A stretch of 64,000 nt of DNA from Candidatus Woesebacteria bacterium GW2011_GWB1_39_12 (GCA_000993405.1 LBWB01000007.1:8383-72382), one strand, 5' to 3'; counted from the stretch's first letter, positions 1 through 10,048 are shown. Numbers and translations: made by a program. Notes: generated by a model from the letters alone, not told the origin.

Positions 1-2
1 GA

Positions 3-200
3 ATGGAAGGACACGGAGACAAAAATCCTCCTGTAAATATCGAGATTGGTCCCGGTCAAAGCGGAAAAGTAGTAACTCGGTTTGACCCAGCAGCTCATGG
101 ACCTCAAGGAGTTGGACCTTTTGATAGAAGTATTTATCTTACCTTCAGCGATCCGGCAGGAGTGAAGGAATTGAAATTTAATGGAGTGGTTGTCAAATGA
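3..200 (+). CDS. C-terminal fragment of a DUF1573-like protein; the start lies upstream of the window
   Basis: The ORF is open from the window edge. Its C-terminal motif (FDPAAHGPQGVGPFDRSIYLTFSDP) parallels FDPAVHKDDTDIGEVTRFIYVETDNP in the 5560..6048 ORF. Confidence 0.5.
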   Translation: MEGHGDKNPPVNIEIGPGQSGKVVTRFDPAAHGPQGVGPFDRSIYLTFSDPAGVKELKFNGVVVK

Positions 201-724
201 AGAAAGCAATAATATTTATAAAAGTTATAACGATTATAAATATTATATTGCTTGGATTTCCGAAGGAAATCCAAGCGCACTGTCCTTTATGTGTTGCCGG
301 AGCTGCAGCGGGAATAACTTTGACCCGATGGGTTGGGGTTGACGATTCAATAACTGGGATCTGGATTGGCGCGTTTTTAGGTGCCAGTGCCTTTTGGCTA
401 TTAAGGTTGTTAGGTCAAAGAAACAAGATCTTTTTTAATCGTTTCGTGGGGGCCGGAATATATATTTTGATTTTTATTACCACCCTTTGGTCCTTTTATA
501 AATTCAAACTAGTTATAAGGATGGATAGTATATTCGGCTTCGATAAACTCACTTTTGGCATGGTTCTGGGAAGCGCGGTTTTTTATTTAGTTGACCTCGT
601 TAACATTATTCTGAAAAGGAAAAACGGTAAATCTCTTTTTCCATACCAATCGATGGTTTTCAGTTTAGGTTCAATTGTTGTTACAAGTTTAGGAGTTTTT
701 GTTCTCATAAACTATTTTATTTAA
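197..724 (+). CDS. Hypothetical polytopic membrane protein
   Basis: 175-aa ORF with several hydrophobic segments and an HCPLC motif. The ATGA overlap with the upstream ORF suggests translational coupling. Confidence 0.5.
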   Translation: MKKAIIFIKVITIINIILLGFPKEIQAHCPLCVAGAAAGITLTRWVGVDDSITGIWIGAFLGASAFWLLRLLGQRNKIFFNRFVGAGIYILIFITTLWSFYKFKLVIRMDSIFGFDKLTFGMVLGSAVFYLVDLVNIILKRKNGKSLFPYQSMVFSLGSIVVTSLGVFVLINYFI

Positions 725-727
725 AAG

Positions 728-1936
728 TTGCGGCTTAAAAATATGACTATAAAAAAGAAAAAAAATAAAGATTTACTGAAATTTGGTGCCTTTGTTTTAT
801 TGATAATCTTTGGTTTTTTGCTTGGGACAGGTAGACAGAAAATAACAAAGAGTTTATTTTCAGGGAAAGTACTGGTCTCCGAAGAAATTTCGGCAAAGGA
901 ACTAAATAAGCTTCTAAAAAATAAAAACTTCACCTTCATTAATGTCCACACGCCTTATGAAGGAGAGATTGAAAAAACTGACATGTTTATTGACTACGAT
1001 ATGATTACAGCAAGTAAAGATAAATTACCAAAAGATAAAAACGCCGAAATTGTTCTTTACTGCAAGAGTGGCAAAATGAGCGCCGATGCTCTTACAACTT
1101 TAAAAAGTTTAGGATATAAAAACGTACGTCACCTAGCCGGCGGAATGGATTCTTGGAAAGATGAAGGCTTTAATCTCCTTGACTTATCAAATCTTTCCAA
1201 TCAGATATTGCCAGAAGAAGGATTTGAATTGCCGATTTCCTGGAGTGACATGGGGCCCAAGCTCGTTTCTTTGGGCGTTATTGATAAAAGTAAATTTGAA
1301 AAGGCCGTAAAAATGGATGAAGGACAAAAAGAGATTCTATCTGAAGGTTCTAATGATCCTATTAGAATTAATTCCGCCAATTCCCAGTTTGTTGTAGATA
1401 TGCTCTGGGCATTTGGTCTTGCTCAAAAATCAAAAGTTTATGACGAGGGTCCGATGGGTAAAGAATATAATAAGGATATTGGAAATTTCGCTTCCACTGG
1501 AGGTTGGAGTTTGGCAAAGGGCGATGCGGTTAATTACCTTAATAAAGAGAATCTAATTCCTCTTAATGAGGAGCAGCAGGGTAAAGTTGCTGAGATTTCA
1601 AAATACGTTTTCAGGCCATGTTGTGGGAATCCTACTTGGTTTCCAGATTGTAATCACGGAATGGCTGCTCTTGCCGCAATTGAACTCATGGTCTATCGGG
1701 GAATTTCTGATGATGAAATTTACAAAAATGTTCTCAAGTTAAATTCTTTTTGGTTTCCAAGTCATTATTTAACCCTTGGGACATACTTTGCACGGCAAGG
1801 AATAGGCTGGGATAAAGTTGATGCAAAACTTGCTTTGAGCGAAGAATATTCTTCAGGCCAAGCAGCCGGGAAGCTATTACAAAAAGTGGGACCGCTACCT
1901 TTCGATACGAAGTTCGGAGGAGGCTGCGGAGCGTAA
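728..1936 (+). CDS. Rhodanese-domain protein with an uncharacterised Cys-rich C-terminal domain; the true start is probably the ATG at 743
   Basis: The rhodanese active-site region (VLYCKSGKMSADALTTLKSLGYKNVRHLAGGMDSWKDEG) follows an N-terminal TM/signal segment. The C-terminal segment contains CCGNPTWFPDCNHG. Confidence 0.6.
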   Translation: MRLKNMTIKKKKNKDLLKFGAFVLLIIFGFLLGTGRQKITKSLFSGKVLVSEEISAKELNKLLKNKNFTFINVHTPYEGEIEKTDMFIDYDMITASKDKLPKDKNAEIVLYCKSGKMSADALTTLKSLGYKNVRHLAGGMDSWKDEGFNLLDLSNLSNQILPEEGFELPISWSDMGPKLVSLGVIDKSKFEKAVKMDEGQKEILSEGSNDPIRINSANSQFVVDMLWAFGLAQKSKVYDEGPMGKEYNKDIGNFASTGGWSLAKGDAVNYLNKENLIPLNEEQQGKVAEISKYVFRPCCGNPTWFPDCNHGMAALAAIELMVYRGISDDEIYKNVLKLNSFWFPSHYLTLGTYFARQGIGWDKVDAKLALSEEYSSGQAAGKLLQKVGPLPFDTKFGGGCGA

Positions 1937-1975
1937 AGAAAGTTTGGCAAAGAAAACGAGAGGAAGTGAGAGATT

Positions 1976-2245
1976 ATGAAATTTAATGAGAAAGTATGGG
2001 CAAACACGACCGCCGTGTTTGTAGGCGTAGTTTATCTTTTTTGTAGGTTTGCTATTGCACTTTTCCCCGGATTTAGTATGGCGGTTACAAGAAGTTGGTT
2101 CCATGGTTTTGATGTAGCCAGAATATGGACACCTCGCGCATTTTCAGAAAATTTTCTACTGGGATTTGTGACGGCAGTTGCCCTTTCATGGTTGGCAGGC
2201 TGGCTTTTTGCATGGCTATATAACTATTTTTCGGTAAAAAAGTGA
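1976..2245 (+). CDS. Small membrane protein (hypothetical)
   Basis: 89-aa ORF with two or three hydrophobic helices, sitting inside the copper-related gene cluster. Confidence 0.45.
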   Translation: MKFNEKVWANTTAVFVGVVYLFCRFAIALFPGFSMAVTRSWFHGFDVARIWTPRAFSENFLLGFVTAVALSWLAGWLFAWLYNYFSVKK

Positions 2246-2418
2246 CCAGAATTAAGATAGAAAAAGTACGCGATCCTGTTTGCGGGATGATAAAGCCCAA
2301 AAGTAAAATGAGGGCTATTTCTATTTATATGGGGAAAAAGTATTATTTTTGTACGGAAGGTGACAAGAGAATGTTTGATAGACATCCAGAACATTGGATT
2401 CCAAAAGGTGGTGAGTAA
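2242..2418 (+). CDS. TRASH/YHS-domain metal-binding peptide with a GTG start; absent from the ORF track because it is shorter than 60 aa
   Basis: My own translation gives VTRIKIEKVRDPVCGMIKPKSKMRAISIYMGKKYYFCTEGDKRMFDRHPEHWIPKGGE. The CGM...YYFC pattern is typical of the YHS/TRASH copper-handling domain. The GTG overlaps the upstream stop codon. Confidence 0.5.
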   Translation: MTRIKIEKVRDPVCGMIKPKSKMRAISIYMGKKYYFCTEGDKRMFDRHPEHWIPKGGE

Positions 2419-2419
2419 T

Positions 2420-2845
2420 ATGGATAAAACTTTAACTTACGCAATAATTGGGGGGTTGGTGGGTGTTGTCGCGACCCTTCTAATCACTAACTACTCAGTT
2501 AATAACAGGAATTACGGTATGATGAGAATGATGGGTATGGGAGGTGGAATAGAGACTATGATGCAGGGAGAGAAGTGCCCTATGATGAAAGAGGGAGAGA
2601 AAAATGAAAATATGGGAATGAGTATAAATGAAATGACAGGGAGTTTAATCGGAGTGCGCGGTGAGGAATTCGAAAAAGCTTTTATCGAGACAATGATTGC
2701 GCATCATCAGGGGGCAATTGACATGGCAAAGCTCATCCCGTCACGAACAGACAAGCCTGAATTAAATAAACTTGGTGAGGATATCATAAGCGCTCAGTCG
2801 AAAGAGATTGAGATGATGGAAGGTTGGATGGAGGACTGGTTCTAA
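2420..2845 (+). CDS. DUF305-family (metal-binding four-helix) protein; the track ORF starts at 2360 but the likely start is the ATG at 2420
   Basis: MDKTLTYAIIGG forms an N-terminal TM segment. The conserved HHQGAIDMA motif marks DUF305. A ggtggtgag Shine-Dalgarno-like sequence sits just 5' of the 2420 ATG. Confidence 0.55.
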   Translation: MDKTLTYAIIGGLVGVVATLLITNYSVNNRNYGMMRMMGMGGGIETMMQGEKCPMMKEGEKNENMGMSINEMTGSLIGVRGEEFEKAFIETMIAHHQGAIDMAKLIPSRTDKPELNKLGEDIISAQSKEIEMMEGWMEDWF

Positions 2846-2912
2846 AATGGGAATGGATAAGCAAAGCTTGGCCGAGTCAGACTCGGTAAGCAAAGCTTGG
2901 CCATAATAAATT

Positions 2913-3266
2913 ATGGATAAAATTTTAGTTACAACGGTTGGTATGGGATTAATTGGTTTTATCTGGTGGTTTTTCTTTGGAAAAAAAGAAAAAGCTATTG
3001 TTGCAGGTGATGTGTTGGAGATTCTTGTAGATGGGGGATATAAACCTGCCTTGATAAGGCTTAAGAAAGGTAAAAAGACAACCCTAAAAATTACACGGCG
3101 TGATCCTAACAGTTGTTTGGAAGAAATAATATTACCCGATTTTAAGATTAAAAAGTTTTTATCTCTTAACAAAGAAGTGGAAATATCTATTATTCCTCAA
3201 AAAACAGGTGAATTCGGATTTCACTGTGGAATGAATATGTATCATGGAAAAATCATTGTCGAATAA
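2913..3266 (+). CDS. Cupredoxin-like small protein
   Basis: An N-terminal TM segment is followed by a C-terminal ...[15 protein letters not shown], a candidate type-1 copper ligand set (H, C, H, M). It overlaps the start of copA. Confidence 0.5.
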   Translation: MDKILVTTVGMGLIGFIWWFFFGKKEKAIVAGDVLEILVDGGYKPALIRLKKGKKTTLKITRRDPNSCLEEIILPDFKIKKFLSLNKEVEISIIPQKTGEFGFHCGMNMYHGKIIVE

Positions 3267-5550
3267 TAAGTTTGTTAAGAAATCGTTTCCCATAGTTGGG
3301 ATGCACTGTGCTAGTTGTGCGAAGCTTATTGAAAGAAAACTTACGGGAACTCCAGGTGTTTTAAGCGCTTCCGTGAACTATGGCAGTGAGCAAGCCTCGG
3401 TTGATTTAGATCCAACGGTTACTGATGAGCAACTGGCAAAATCCGTTGAAGAGGCTGGATATAAAGCAATAATAGGGCAAAGCATAGAGGACAAAGGTCA
3501 GAGAACTCCGGAAGAAATAAAAGAGGAAGAGAAGAAGAAAGAACTTAAAAGTCTAAAGAATAAAGTCATATTATCATCCATACTTTCTGCCCTTGTATTC
3601 GTTGGAAGTTTTCCAGAGTGGTTTACTTTTGTACCCAGATTTTTAACCAATCCATATGCACTCCTTTTGTTGTCGACACCCGTACAATTTTGGGCTGGGT
3701 GGGGTTTTTATCAAGCAACTTGGTCTGGACTTCGGAATAGAACGGCCAGCATGGATACTTTAATTGCTATCGGAACCTCAGCGGCATTTGGTTATTCGTT
3801 AATATCCGTATTTTTTGGAGGACATATGTACTTTGATACAGCGGCCGTTATTATAACTTTAATTCTTCTGGGCAGATTTTTAGAAGCGAAAGCAAAAGCC
3901 CATACATCTGACGCTATAAAAAAGCTTCTGGGACTTCAAGCAAAAACTGCCCGTGTCAAGCGCGGTTCGAAAGAAATTGATATCCCAATAGAAGAAGTTG
4001 TAGTGGGGGATTTAATTCGAGTTAGACCGGGAGAGAAAGTTCCTACGGACGGTGTGATTGTGGAAGGCATAAGCTCAATTGACGAATCAATGGTAACTGG
4101 AGAATCTATTCCGGTTGATAAGAAAGCTGGAGACAATGTGATCGGTGCGACCATCAATAAATCCGGAAGCTTCATTTTTAAGGCTACTAAAATTGGGAAT
4201 GACACGATGCTTGCCCAAATTGTAAAAATGGTTGCTGAAGCCCAAAGTTCCCGTGCTCCCATTCAAAGATTGGTGGATGTAATCTCCTCGTATTTTGTAC
4301 CTGCAGTTTTAATGATGGCTGTCGCGACTTTTGTGATTTGGTATGTTATAACCCCGAGCGGAGTCGAGGGGATTTCTTATGCTCTTTCGAACATGATTGC
4401 AGTCCTTATTATCGCTTGTCCCTGTGCAATGGGGCTGGCAACTCCAACAGCCATTATGGTCGGGACCGGAAAAGGTGCAGAAAAAGGAATTTTGATTAAG
4501 GACGCAGAGGCACTTGAGACAGCAAATAAGGTAAAAACAATAATTTTTGACAAAACGGGAACATTAACAGAAGGGAAACCGAAGGTTACAGATGTGATTA
4601 AAGTGGACAGTGGACAGTGGACAGTGGACAGTGTTTTAAGGGTAGCTGCATCGTTGGAAAAGGGATCGGAACATGCTTTAGGTGAAGCCATTTTGAAAAA
4701 AGCTGAAGAGGAAAAGATAGTTTTCAAAAAGGTTGGAAGCTTTCAAGCAATTCCGGGGCACGGTATTGAAGGAAATATCGATGGAAAAAGATATTTTCTT
4801 GGAAATAGAGCCTTAATGGAAAAAGAAGGTGTGGAATATAAAAATTCAGAAAATCAGATCGCAAAATTAGAAGAAGAGGGGAAGACTGTCATGCTACTAG
4901 CCACTGTCAGTCATCCTGAACTTGTTTTAGGGTCTAAGATGCTGAAAAAGTTTCAGCATGACAAAGGAGTAGTATTAGGCATTATTGCTGTTGCTGATAC
5001 TCTTAAAATTGGAGTTGAGGAAGTGATTAAGCGATTAAGTGAGAAGGGAATTGAGGTTTGGATGATAACCGGGGATAACGAAAGGACGGCTAAAGCTATC
5101 TCAGAGGAGGCAGGAATTAAAAACGTCATGGCGGGAGTATTGCCGGATCAAAAAGCAGAGAAAGTTAAAGAATTTAAACACCGATCACTAACCATTGCTT
5201 TTGTTGGCGATGGAGTTAATGATGCACCTGCGTTGGCCGCGTCTGACGTCGGGATAGCAATGGGAACAGGAACTGACGTTGCAATTGAATCCGCTGGGAT
5301 AACTCTTCTTAATCGTGACATTCATTCGGTTTTAACGGCTTTGAATCTAAGCCGTGTGACGCTTTCCGTCATAAAGCAGAATCTTTTCTGGGCATTTGGT
5401 TATAATATTGTTTTGATTCCTGTAGCAATGGGAATTCTTTATCCCTTCTTTGGTTGGCTTCTTAATCCTGCTCTTGCTGCCTTCGCCATGGCCGCAAGTT
5501 CCATTTCGGTTGTTACAAACTCCCTGAGACTTAAAAAAGTTAAAATCTAA
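3244..5550 (+). CDS. copA: Copper-translocating P1B-type ATPase
   Basis: N-terminal HMA domain ([12 protein letters not shown]), membrane CPC motif ([11 protein letters not shown]), phosphorylation site FDKTGTLT and hinge [10 protein letters not shown]. Confidence 0.9.
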   Translation: MEKSLSNNKFVKKSFPIVGMHCASCAKLIERKLTGTPGVLSASVNYGSEQASVDLDPTVTDEQLAKSVEEAGYKAIIGQSIEDKGQRTPEEIKEEEKKKELKSLKNKVILSSILSALVFVGSFPEWFTFVPRFLTNPYALLLLSTPVQFWAGWGFYQATWSGLRNRTASMDTLIAIGTSAAFGYSLISVFFGGHMYFDTAAVIITLILLGRFLEAKAKAHTSDAIKKLLGLQAKTARVKRGSKEIDIPIEEVVVGDLIRVRPGEKVPTDGVIVEGISSIDESMVTGESIPVDKKAGDNVIGATINKSGSFIFKATKIGNDTMLAQIVKMVAEAQSSRAPIQRLVDVISSYFVPAVLMMAVATFVIWYVITPSGVEGISYALSNMIAVLIIACPCAMGLATPTAIMVGTGKGAEKGILIKDAEALETANKVKTIIFDKTGTLTEGKPKVTDVIKVDSGQWTVDSVLRVAASLEKGSEHALGEAILKKAEEEKIVFKKVGSFQAIPGHGIEGNIDGKRYFLGNRALMEKEGVEYKNSENQIAKLEEEGKTVMLLATVSHPELVLGSKMLKKFQHDKGVVLGIIAVADTLKIGVEEVIKRLSEKGIEVWMITGDNERTAKAISEEAGIKNVMAGVLPDQKAEKVKEFKHRSLTIAFVGDGVNDAPALAASDVGIAMGTGTDVAIESAGITLLNRDIHSVLTALNLSRVTLSVIKQNLFWAFGYNIVLIPVAMGILYPFFGWLLNPALAAFAMAASSISVVTNSLRLKKVKI

Positions 5551-5559
5551 GATATAATA

Positions 5560-6048
5560 TTGGACATGAACTTTAATAGAATCATCAAACTGATTGTGGT
5601 TATAGTTCTGACTTTCGCAGCCGTGTTTATGGCCAGATCGGTAATAATTCAAAACGATCTGAAGGAGACTAAGAATTCTCCGAGTCAGGAAGCATCTGGG
5701 GAATCAAATTCAATCGTTCTAATTACTCCATCAAGTCAAAACTTGGGAAAGGTTATTTACGGCGATGTTGCCACCACCACGTTTACTTTGACGAATTCTA
5801 CGTCAAAAACCCTGAAGATTACCCGTGTTTCAACGTCATGTGGTTGTACAAAAGCTGAAGTTGAAAAGAAAGACTTGGGTGCCAATGAGATGACGGTAGT
5901 AAAGGTATCCTTTGATCCTGCCGTACACAAAGATGATACAGATATTGGGGAAGTAACTAGGTTTATCTATGTTGAGACTGATAATCCTGACTTTCCTCAA
6001 CTAACAAGTACTATAACCGCAAATGTCATCAAGGAAGCTTCACAGTAA
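5560..6048 (+). CDS. DUF1573 domain protein, N-terminally anchored
   Basis: N-terminal TM, then TSCGCTKAEV...VSFDPAVHKDD...IYVETDNP, typical of DUF1573. Paralogous to the fragment at 3..200. Confidence 0.6.
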   Translation: MDMNFNRIIKLIVVIVLTFAAVFMARSVIIQNDLKETKNSPSQEASGESNSIVLITPSSQNLGKVIYGDVATTTFTLTNSTSKTLKITRVSTSCGCTKAEVEKKDLGANEMTVVKVSFDPAVHKDDTDIGEVTRFIYVETDNPDFPQLTSTITANVIKEASQ

Positions 6049-6161
6049 ACTATCAAAAGACATGGTGGTGCAAAAAGATTAATTACCGGTAGTGGATTTA
6101 GATTACCGAGGGTATCTGGTGGTTGACTTGAAGCTATCCTTAACGGTATAGTGAAAACCGT

Positions 6162-6485
6162 ATGGCTACTCTTGATGTTAGCGATTCAGAATTTGAAGAA
6201 AAGGTTTTGAAATCACAGATTCCCGTCTTGGTAGACTTTTGGGCGGTTTGGTGCGGACCCTGCAAGATGGCTGAACCTGTTCTCAATGAACTTTCAGATG
6301 AATATAAGGACAAACTTGTTATAATGAAATTAAACGTTGACGAGAATCAAGGAAGCACGCTTAAATACCAAGTTATGTCGATTCCTACAACCATTCTTTT
6401 TAAAGGAAGTCAGGAAGTAGGACGTCAAATTGGTTTTGCAGGTAAAAATGCATATGAAGATTTAATCAAGAAGGGGGTGAATTAG
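6162..6485 (+). CDS. trxA: Thioredoxin
   Basis: 107 aa with the WCGPC active site and the thioredoxin fold motifs (VDFWA...PT). Confidence 0.9.
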   Translation: MATLDVSDSEFEEKVLKSQIPVLVDFWAVWCGPCKMAEPVLNELSDEYKDKLVIMKLNVDENQGSTLKYQVMSIPTTILFKGSQEVGRQIGFAGKNAYEDLIKKGVN

Positions 6486-6486
6486 G

Positions 6487-6861
6487 ATGGATCCAAATGA
6501 CACAAAAGTTAAAGGTTCAACTCCCGCAATGGGCACACCATTAGCATCGGATGATACGGGTATGGCGAGCGGTGGTGGACCTACGTCGACAACAGCGGAC
6601 GAACCCAAAATGCCAACGGGGATGCCAACAGGTGGTATGGGAATCAGTGTTCAACCTACGGACGAACCGGTAGCACCACTTCCTGGTGATCAACCTTCGG
6701 GAGGTATGGGTGGTTCAATGGGTGCAGAACCCGCTGAAGAAACACCGGAAACAACGTCTGAAAGTACTCCTTTAGGAGGTCTTCCTCCCACAAAAGAACC
6801 TGAAGAGGGTACTGGTACCGGGGTTCCGCCAGCAGGTGGAATGATGGGAGGAACAGTCTAA
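6487..6861 (+). CDS. Gly/Pro/Thr-rich low-complexity (probably disordered) protein
   Basis: 124-aa ORF that starts 2 nt after the trxA stop. It contains PTGMPTGGMG repeats, and the segment is locally GC-rich. Confidence 0.4.
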   Translation: MDPNDTKVKGSTPAMGTPLASDDTGMASGGGPTSTTADEPKMPTGMPTGGMGISVQPTDEPVAPLPGDQPSGGMGGSMGAEPAEETPETTSESTPLGGLPPTKEPEEGTGTGVPPAGGMMGGTV

Positions 6862-6923
6862 AGATATAGGACTTCATTTGTTTTAGAAATATATTTTTCT
6901 AAAGTTTTGTATGCTCGGAAAGT

Positions 6924-7892
6924 ATGACTGATAAAGACATATTTACGATCAAACCCAAAGAAGGTGAAGCTTGGGATGTGGTAATTATTGGGTCTGGTCC
7001 TGCAGCTTTGACTGCGGCGATATATACCACGCGTGGTGCTGCCTCTACACTAATTTTGGGAGGAGAGAGTTGGGGAGGACAGCTCATGCTGACTACAACG
7101 GTTGATAACTTTCCCGGTTTTCCAGATGGTATTCAAGGGCCTGACTTAATGAATTTGATGAGAAAGCAGGCTGAGCGTTTTGGGGCGGAGTTTGTACAAA
7201 AAAATGTGGAAACAGCGGACTTAGGTAAAAAACCCTTTGAATTAATTGCAGACGGAAAAAAATATTTATCTCGAACAGTAATAATTTCTACGGGAGCGAG
7301 CGATAAATGGCTTGCTATTCCGGGGGAGAAAGAGTTGGTAGGAAGAGGCGTTTCTACTTGTGCTCCATGCGATGCCCCGTTTTTTAAAAATAAAAAAGTA
7401 GCTGTCATTGGAGGTGGAGATTCTGCTTTAACTGAAGCGCTGGTTCTTACCAAATACGCAACCGAAGTTTTTATTATTCATAGAAGAGATCAATTTAGGG
7501 CTTCGGCCGCAATGCAGCAAAAAGTGCTAGATAATAAGAATATTAAGATTTTGTGGAATACTGAGGTTACTGAAATTGTCGGAAAAGACAAGGTAGAGAA
7601 GATACTTATCAAAAGTAATAAAGAGAATACTTCTGGAGAAATGGTTTTGGATGGAGTTTTTGTCGCTATCGGCCATGTTCCTGAAAGCAGGGTGTTCAAA
7701 GGACACATTGAACTTGATGAAAAGGGTTATATAAAAGTTAACGATCACACAAAGACAAACATAGAGGGAGTTTTTGTTGCGGGTGAAGTACATGATCAGC
7801 ATTATAAGCAGGCGATAACAACGGCGGGTTTTGGTTGTATGGCCGGAATGGACGTCCTACGTTACTTAGACAAAAGCGTTCCGAGTTGGTAA
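6924..7892 (+). CDS. trxB: Thioredoxin-disulfide reductase
   Basis: FAD-binding GSGPAALTAAIY, redox-active CAPC, and NADPH-binding GGGDSALTEA. Confidence 0.85.
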   Translation: MTDKDIFTIKPKEGEAWDVVIIGSGPAALTAAIYTTRGAASTLILGGESWGGQLMLTTTVDNFPGFPDGIQGPDLMNLMRKQAERFGAEFVQKNVETADLGKKPFELIADGKKYLSRTVIISTGASDKWLAIPGEKELVGRGVSTCAPCDAPFFKNKKVAVIGGGDSALTEALVLTKYATEVFIIHRRDQFRASAAMQQKVLDNKNIKILWNTEVTEIVGKDKVEKILIKSNKENTSGEMVLDGVFVAIGHVPESRVFKGHIELDEKGYIKVNDHTKTNIEGVFVAGEVHDQHYKQAITTAGFGCMAGMDVLRYLDKSVPSW

Positions 7893-7901
7893 AGGACGGG
7901 G

Positions 7902-8714
7902 TTGACATATTCATTTCTTTCTTGCAGAATAGCTGATATGGCAAAATTGAAAGGCGGACTTCTTGAAAAACTTGTTCCTGTTCTTCTTGTTGCTTCGATA
8001 GGATTAGCATTTGCTGTTGGTGTTTTGTGGCAGAAGGTAAGCCAGTTGGAAGGCGGGGGAACGAAGGTTCCAACGACAACTACTGGAGCTAATGATTCAG
8101 GTAATGCAGCGGCGCAGCCCCAAGCTGCTTCAAAACTCAGTAATTTGGAAGGTGTTGTTTCGACAATAGGAGTTGATGTAAATAAGTATAAATCTTGTGT
8201 TGAAGCCGGAAAATATAAAGATAGAGTAGAGAATGACTATCAAGGTGGAATACAAGCAGGCGTACAAGGAACTCCCGGAAGTTTTATAGTCAACAAAAAG
8301 GGTGAAGTTTGGTTTGTTGCAGGAGCATATCCATACGAGAGTGTCAAACAAGTTATTGATATGGCTTTAGGCAAGGGAACTGGAACACTTCCGCAAGGAG
8401 TAGAGAAATATTCCGCTGATAAGGCGGCAAAGCTTCCTAAACTAACTAGTAGCGATCATGTTCGTGGAGATAGGAATGCGGATGTTCTTTTGATCGAATA
8501 TTCAGACTTTCAATGTCCTTTCTGTCAGAGATTTCATCCGACTGCGCAACAAGCTTTGGACGAAAACAAGGAGGTTGCTTGGGTTTACCGCCATTTCCCG
8601 TTAGATCAACTTCATCCGCTTGCGCGCCCGGCTGCTTTGGCTTCAGAATGTGTAGCTGAAATTGGCGGGGATGAAGCTTTCTGGAAATTTGCAGATGAAG
8701 TATTTGGTAGTTAG
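7902..8714 (+). CDS. DsbA-family thiol:disulfide oxidoreductase, membrane-anchored; the likely start is the ATG near 7941
   Basis: N-terminal TM, CPFC active site (DFQCPFCQRFHP), and the FRHFPL motif of the DsbA fold. Confidence 0.7.
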   Translation: MTYSFLSCRIADMAKLKGGLLEKLVPVLLVASIGLAFAVGVLWQKVSQLEGGGTKVPTTTTGANDSGNAAAQPQAASKLSNLEGVVSTIGVDVNKYKSCVEAGKYKDRVENDYQGGIQAGVQGTPGSFIVNKKGEVWFVAGAYPYESVKQVIDMALGKGTGTLPQGVEKYSADKAAKLPKLTSSDHVRGDRNADVLLIEYSDFQCPFCQRFHPTAQQALDENKEVAWVYRHFPLDQLHPLARPAALASECVAEIGGDEAFWKFADEVFGS

Positions 8715-9235
8715 TTTAAAGATTCTAGAATCTTATAAGCAACAACCGCTGCTGAGCCCCAGACATTAAAGGATCGATTTACTCCAAACATCGGTAATTC
8801 TACAATTAGGTCCGCTTCGTCTAAAACTTTCTGGTCTATACCTTCTGTTTCGTTTCCGACAACTATGGCGCAAGGAAAATAAGGTTTGAGATTTGAGTAA
8901 GAGACAGAGAGGGAGGATTGTTCAACTGCGATGATTTGGATACCTTCTTTTTTAAGTTTTTTAGCTGTTTCTAAAGTTGATTCAGATTTTTCCCAAGGAA
9001 CCCAAGTTTCTGTTCCGACCGCCGCTTTGTGAATTCTTGACGAAGGGGGATATTCCATTTCTCCACATAAATACATTTTGGTAGCTGCAATAGCATCAGC
9101 CAGTCGGAAAAGTGAACCGATATTGTATGTATCGATAATTTGGTCGAGTACCAAATAAATCGGATTTCTTTTAATTTTTTTAAGCTCGTTTTGCGCGGGT
9201 ACAGACTTTCTTAATTGTTTCGCGTTTAATTTCAT
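8711..9235 (-). CDS. SpoU/TrmH-family RNA 2'-O-methyltransferase
   Basis: 174 aa with SPOUT motifs (NIGSLFRLADAIAA, IVVGNETEGI, LPMFGVNRSFNV). Confidence 0.7.
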   Translation of the reverse strand: MKLNAKQLRKSVPAQNELKKIKRNPIYLVLDQIIDTYNIGSLFRLADAIAATKMYLCGEMEYPPSSRIHKAAVGTETWVPWEKSESTLETAKKLKKEGIQIIAVEQSSLSVSYSNLKPYFPCAIVVGNETEGIDQKVLDEADLIVELPMFGVNRSFNVWGSAAVVAYKILESLN

Positions 9236-9256
9236 ATGAAGAGTTAATTAGTAGAG

Positions 9257-9329
9257 TGACCCCACCCGGATTCGAACCGGGGTTTACGGGATGAAAACCC
9301 GCCGTCCTAGGCCTCTAGACGATGGGGCC
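9257..9329 (-). tRNA. tRNA-Glu (anticodon TTC)
   Basis: Folded by hand on the minus strand: acceptor GGCCCCA/TGGGGTC, anticodon loop TTTTCAT, T-loop GGTTCGAATCC. Confidence 0.7.
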
Positions 9330-9386
9330 AAGTCTAACCTGACTCGCTTACAAATACGTCTTCATGCGAAGCCGCGTTTGACGCGG

Positions 9387-9458
9387 TGAGCCCGGAGCGG
9401 ATCGAACGCTCAACCATCACCTTAAAAGGGTGTTGCTCTACCATTGAGCTACGGGCCC
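9387..9458 (-). tRNA. tRNA-Lys (anticodon TTT)
   Basis: Minus-strand cloverleaf: acceptor GGGCCCG/CGGGCTC, D-arm GCTCAATGGTAGAGC, anticodon loop CTTTTAA, T-arm GTTCGATCC. Confidence 0.7.
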
Positions 9459-9754
9459 TCGTCGAAATAGACTACGCTTGCCGCAAACCGCGAACGCTTT
9501 TTGCTTAACGCTTCGTTATTTCTCCTCTCAAAATTTCTTCGAAATTTTGTGTGTTTTTTAAAGAAAGACAGTAGATATTATACAGCACCAAGCTCATATG
9601 GTAAAATATCAAAGCTAGATTTGCTTATTACGGAGTCGTCTGGCGCGAAGCGCAAAGGAAAGACTTTTAGTCTTGACGCCATGGTAAGCAAAGCTTGGCC
9701 ATTTGGAATACTAAATGGTAGGACTCCTGCGAAGCAGGAGTAAAACTATTACGT

Positions 9755-9826
9755 TGCGGAGTCGTCTAATGGTAGGACGTCACCCTTTGGAGGTGAATAT
9801 TCTTGGTTCGAATCCAAGCTCCGCAG
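9755..9826 (+). tRNA. tRNA-Gln (anticodon TTG)
   Basis: Acceptor TGCGGAG/CTCCGCA, anticodon stem TCACC/GGTGA with loop CTTTGGA, T-arm CTTGGTTCGAATCCAAG. Confidence 0.7.
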
Positions 9827-10048
9827 CTCTTCGACAAACTCAGTGCTTTAGCACTAAAGTTGTTGAAGTTATAACTGGGATGAGAAGTTTACCCTGAACA
9901 GAGTCAAGGAGAGTTCTCTTTCCGCAGCAAAACCAGAATGCTCCAGAAGTCTTAATACCCGAAAAAAATCTTAAGGCGTTGTCTCTGAATAAAATTGCCC
10001 TTGACATATATATAGTTATAGATCGATAATTGTCCTATAAGTGAAGTT

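Noticed and set aside
9501-9897. ORFs 9501..9743 and 9715..9897
   Set aside because: They overlap tRNA-Gln and the REP-like repeat. They are short with biased composition and are likely non-coding.
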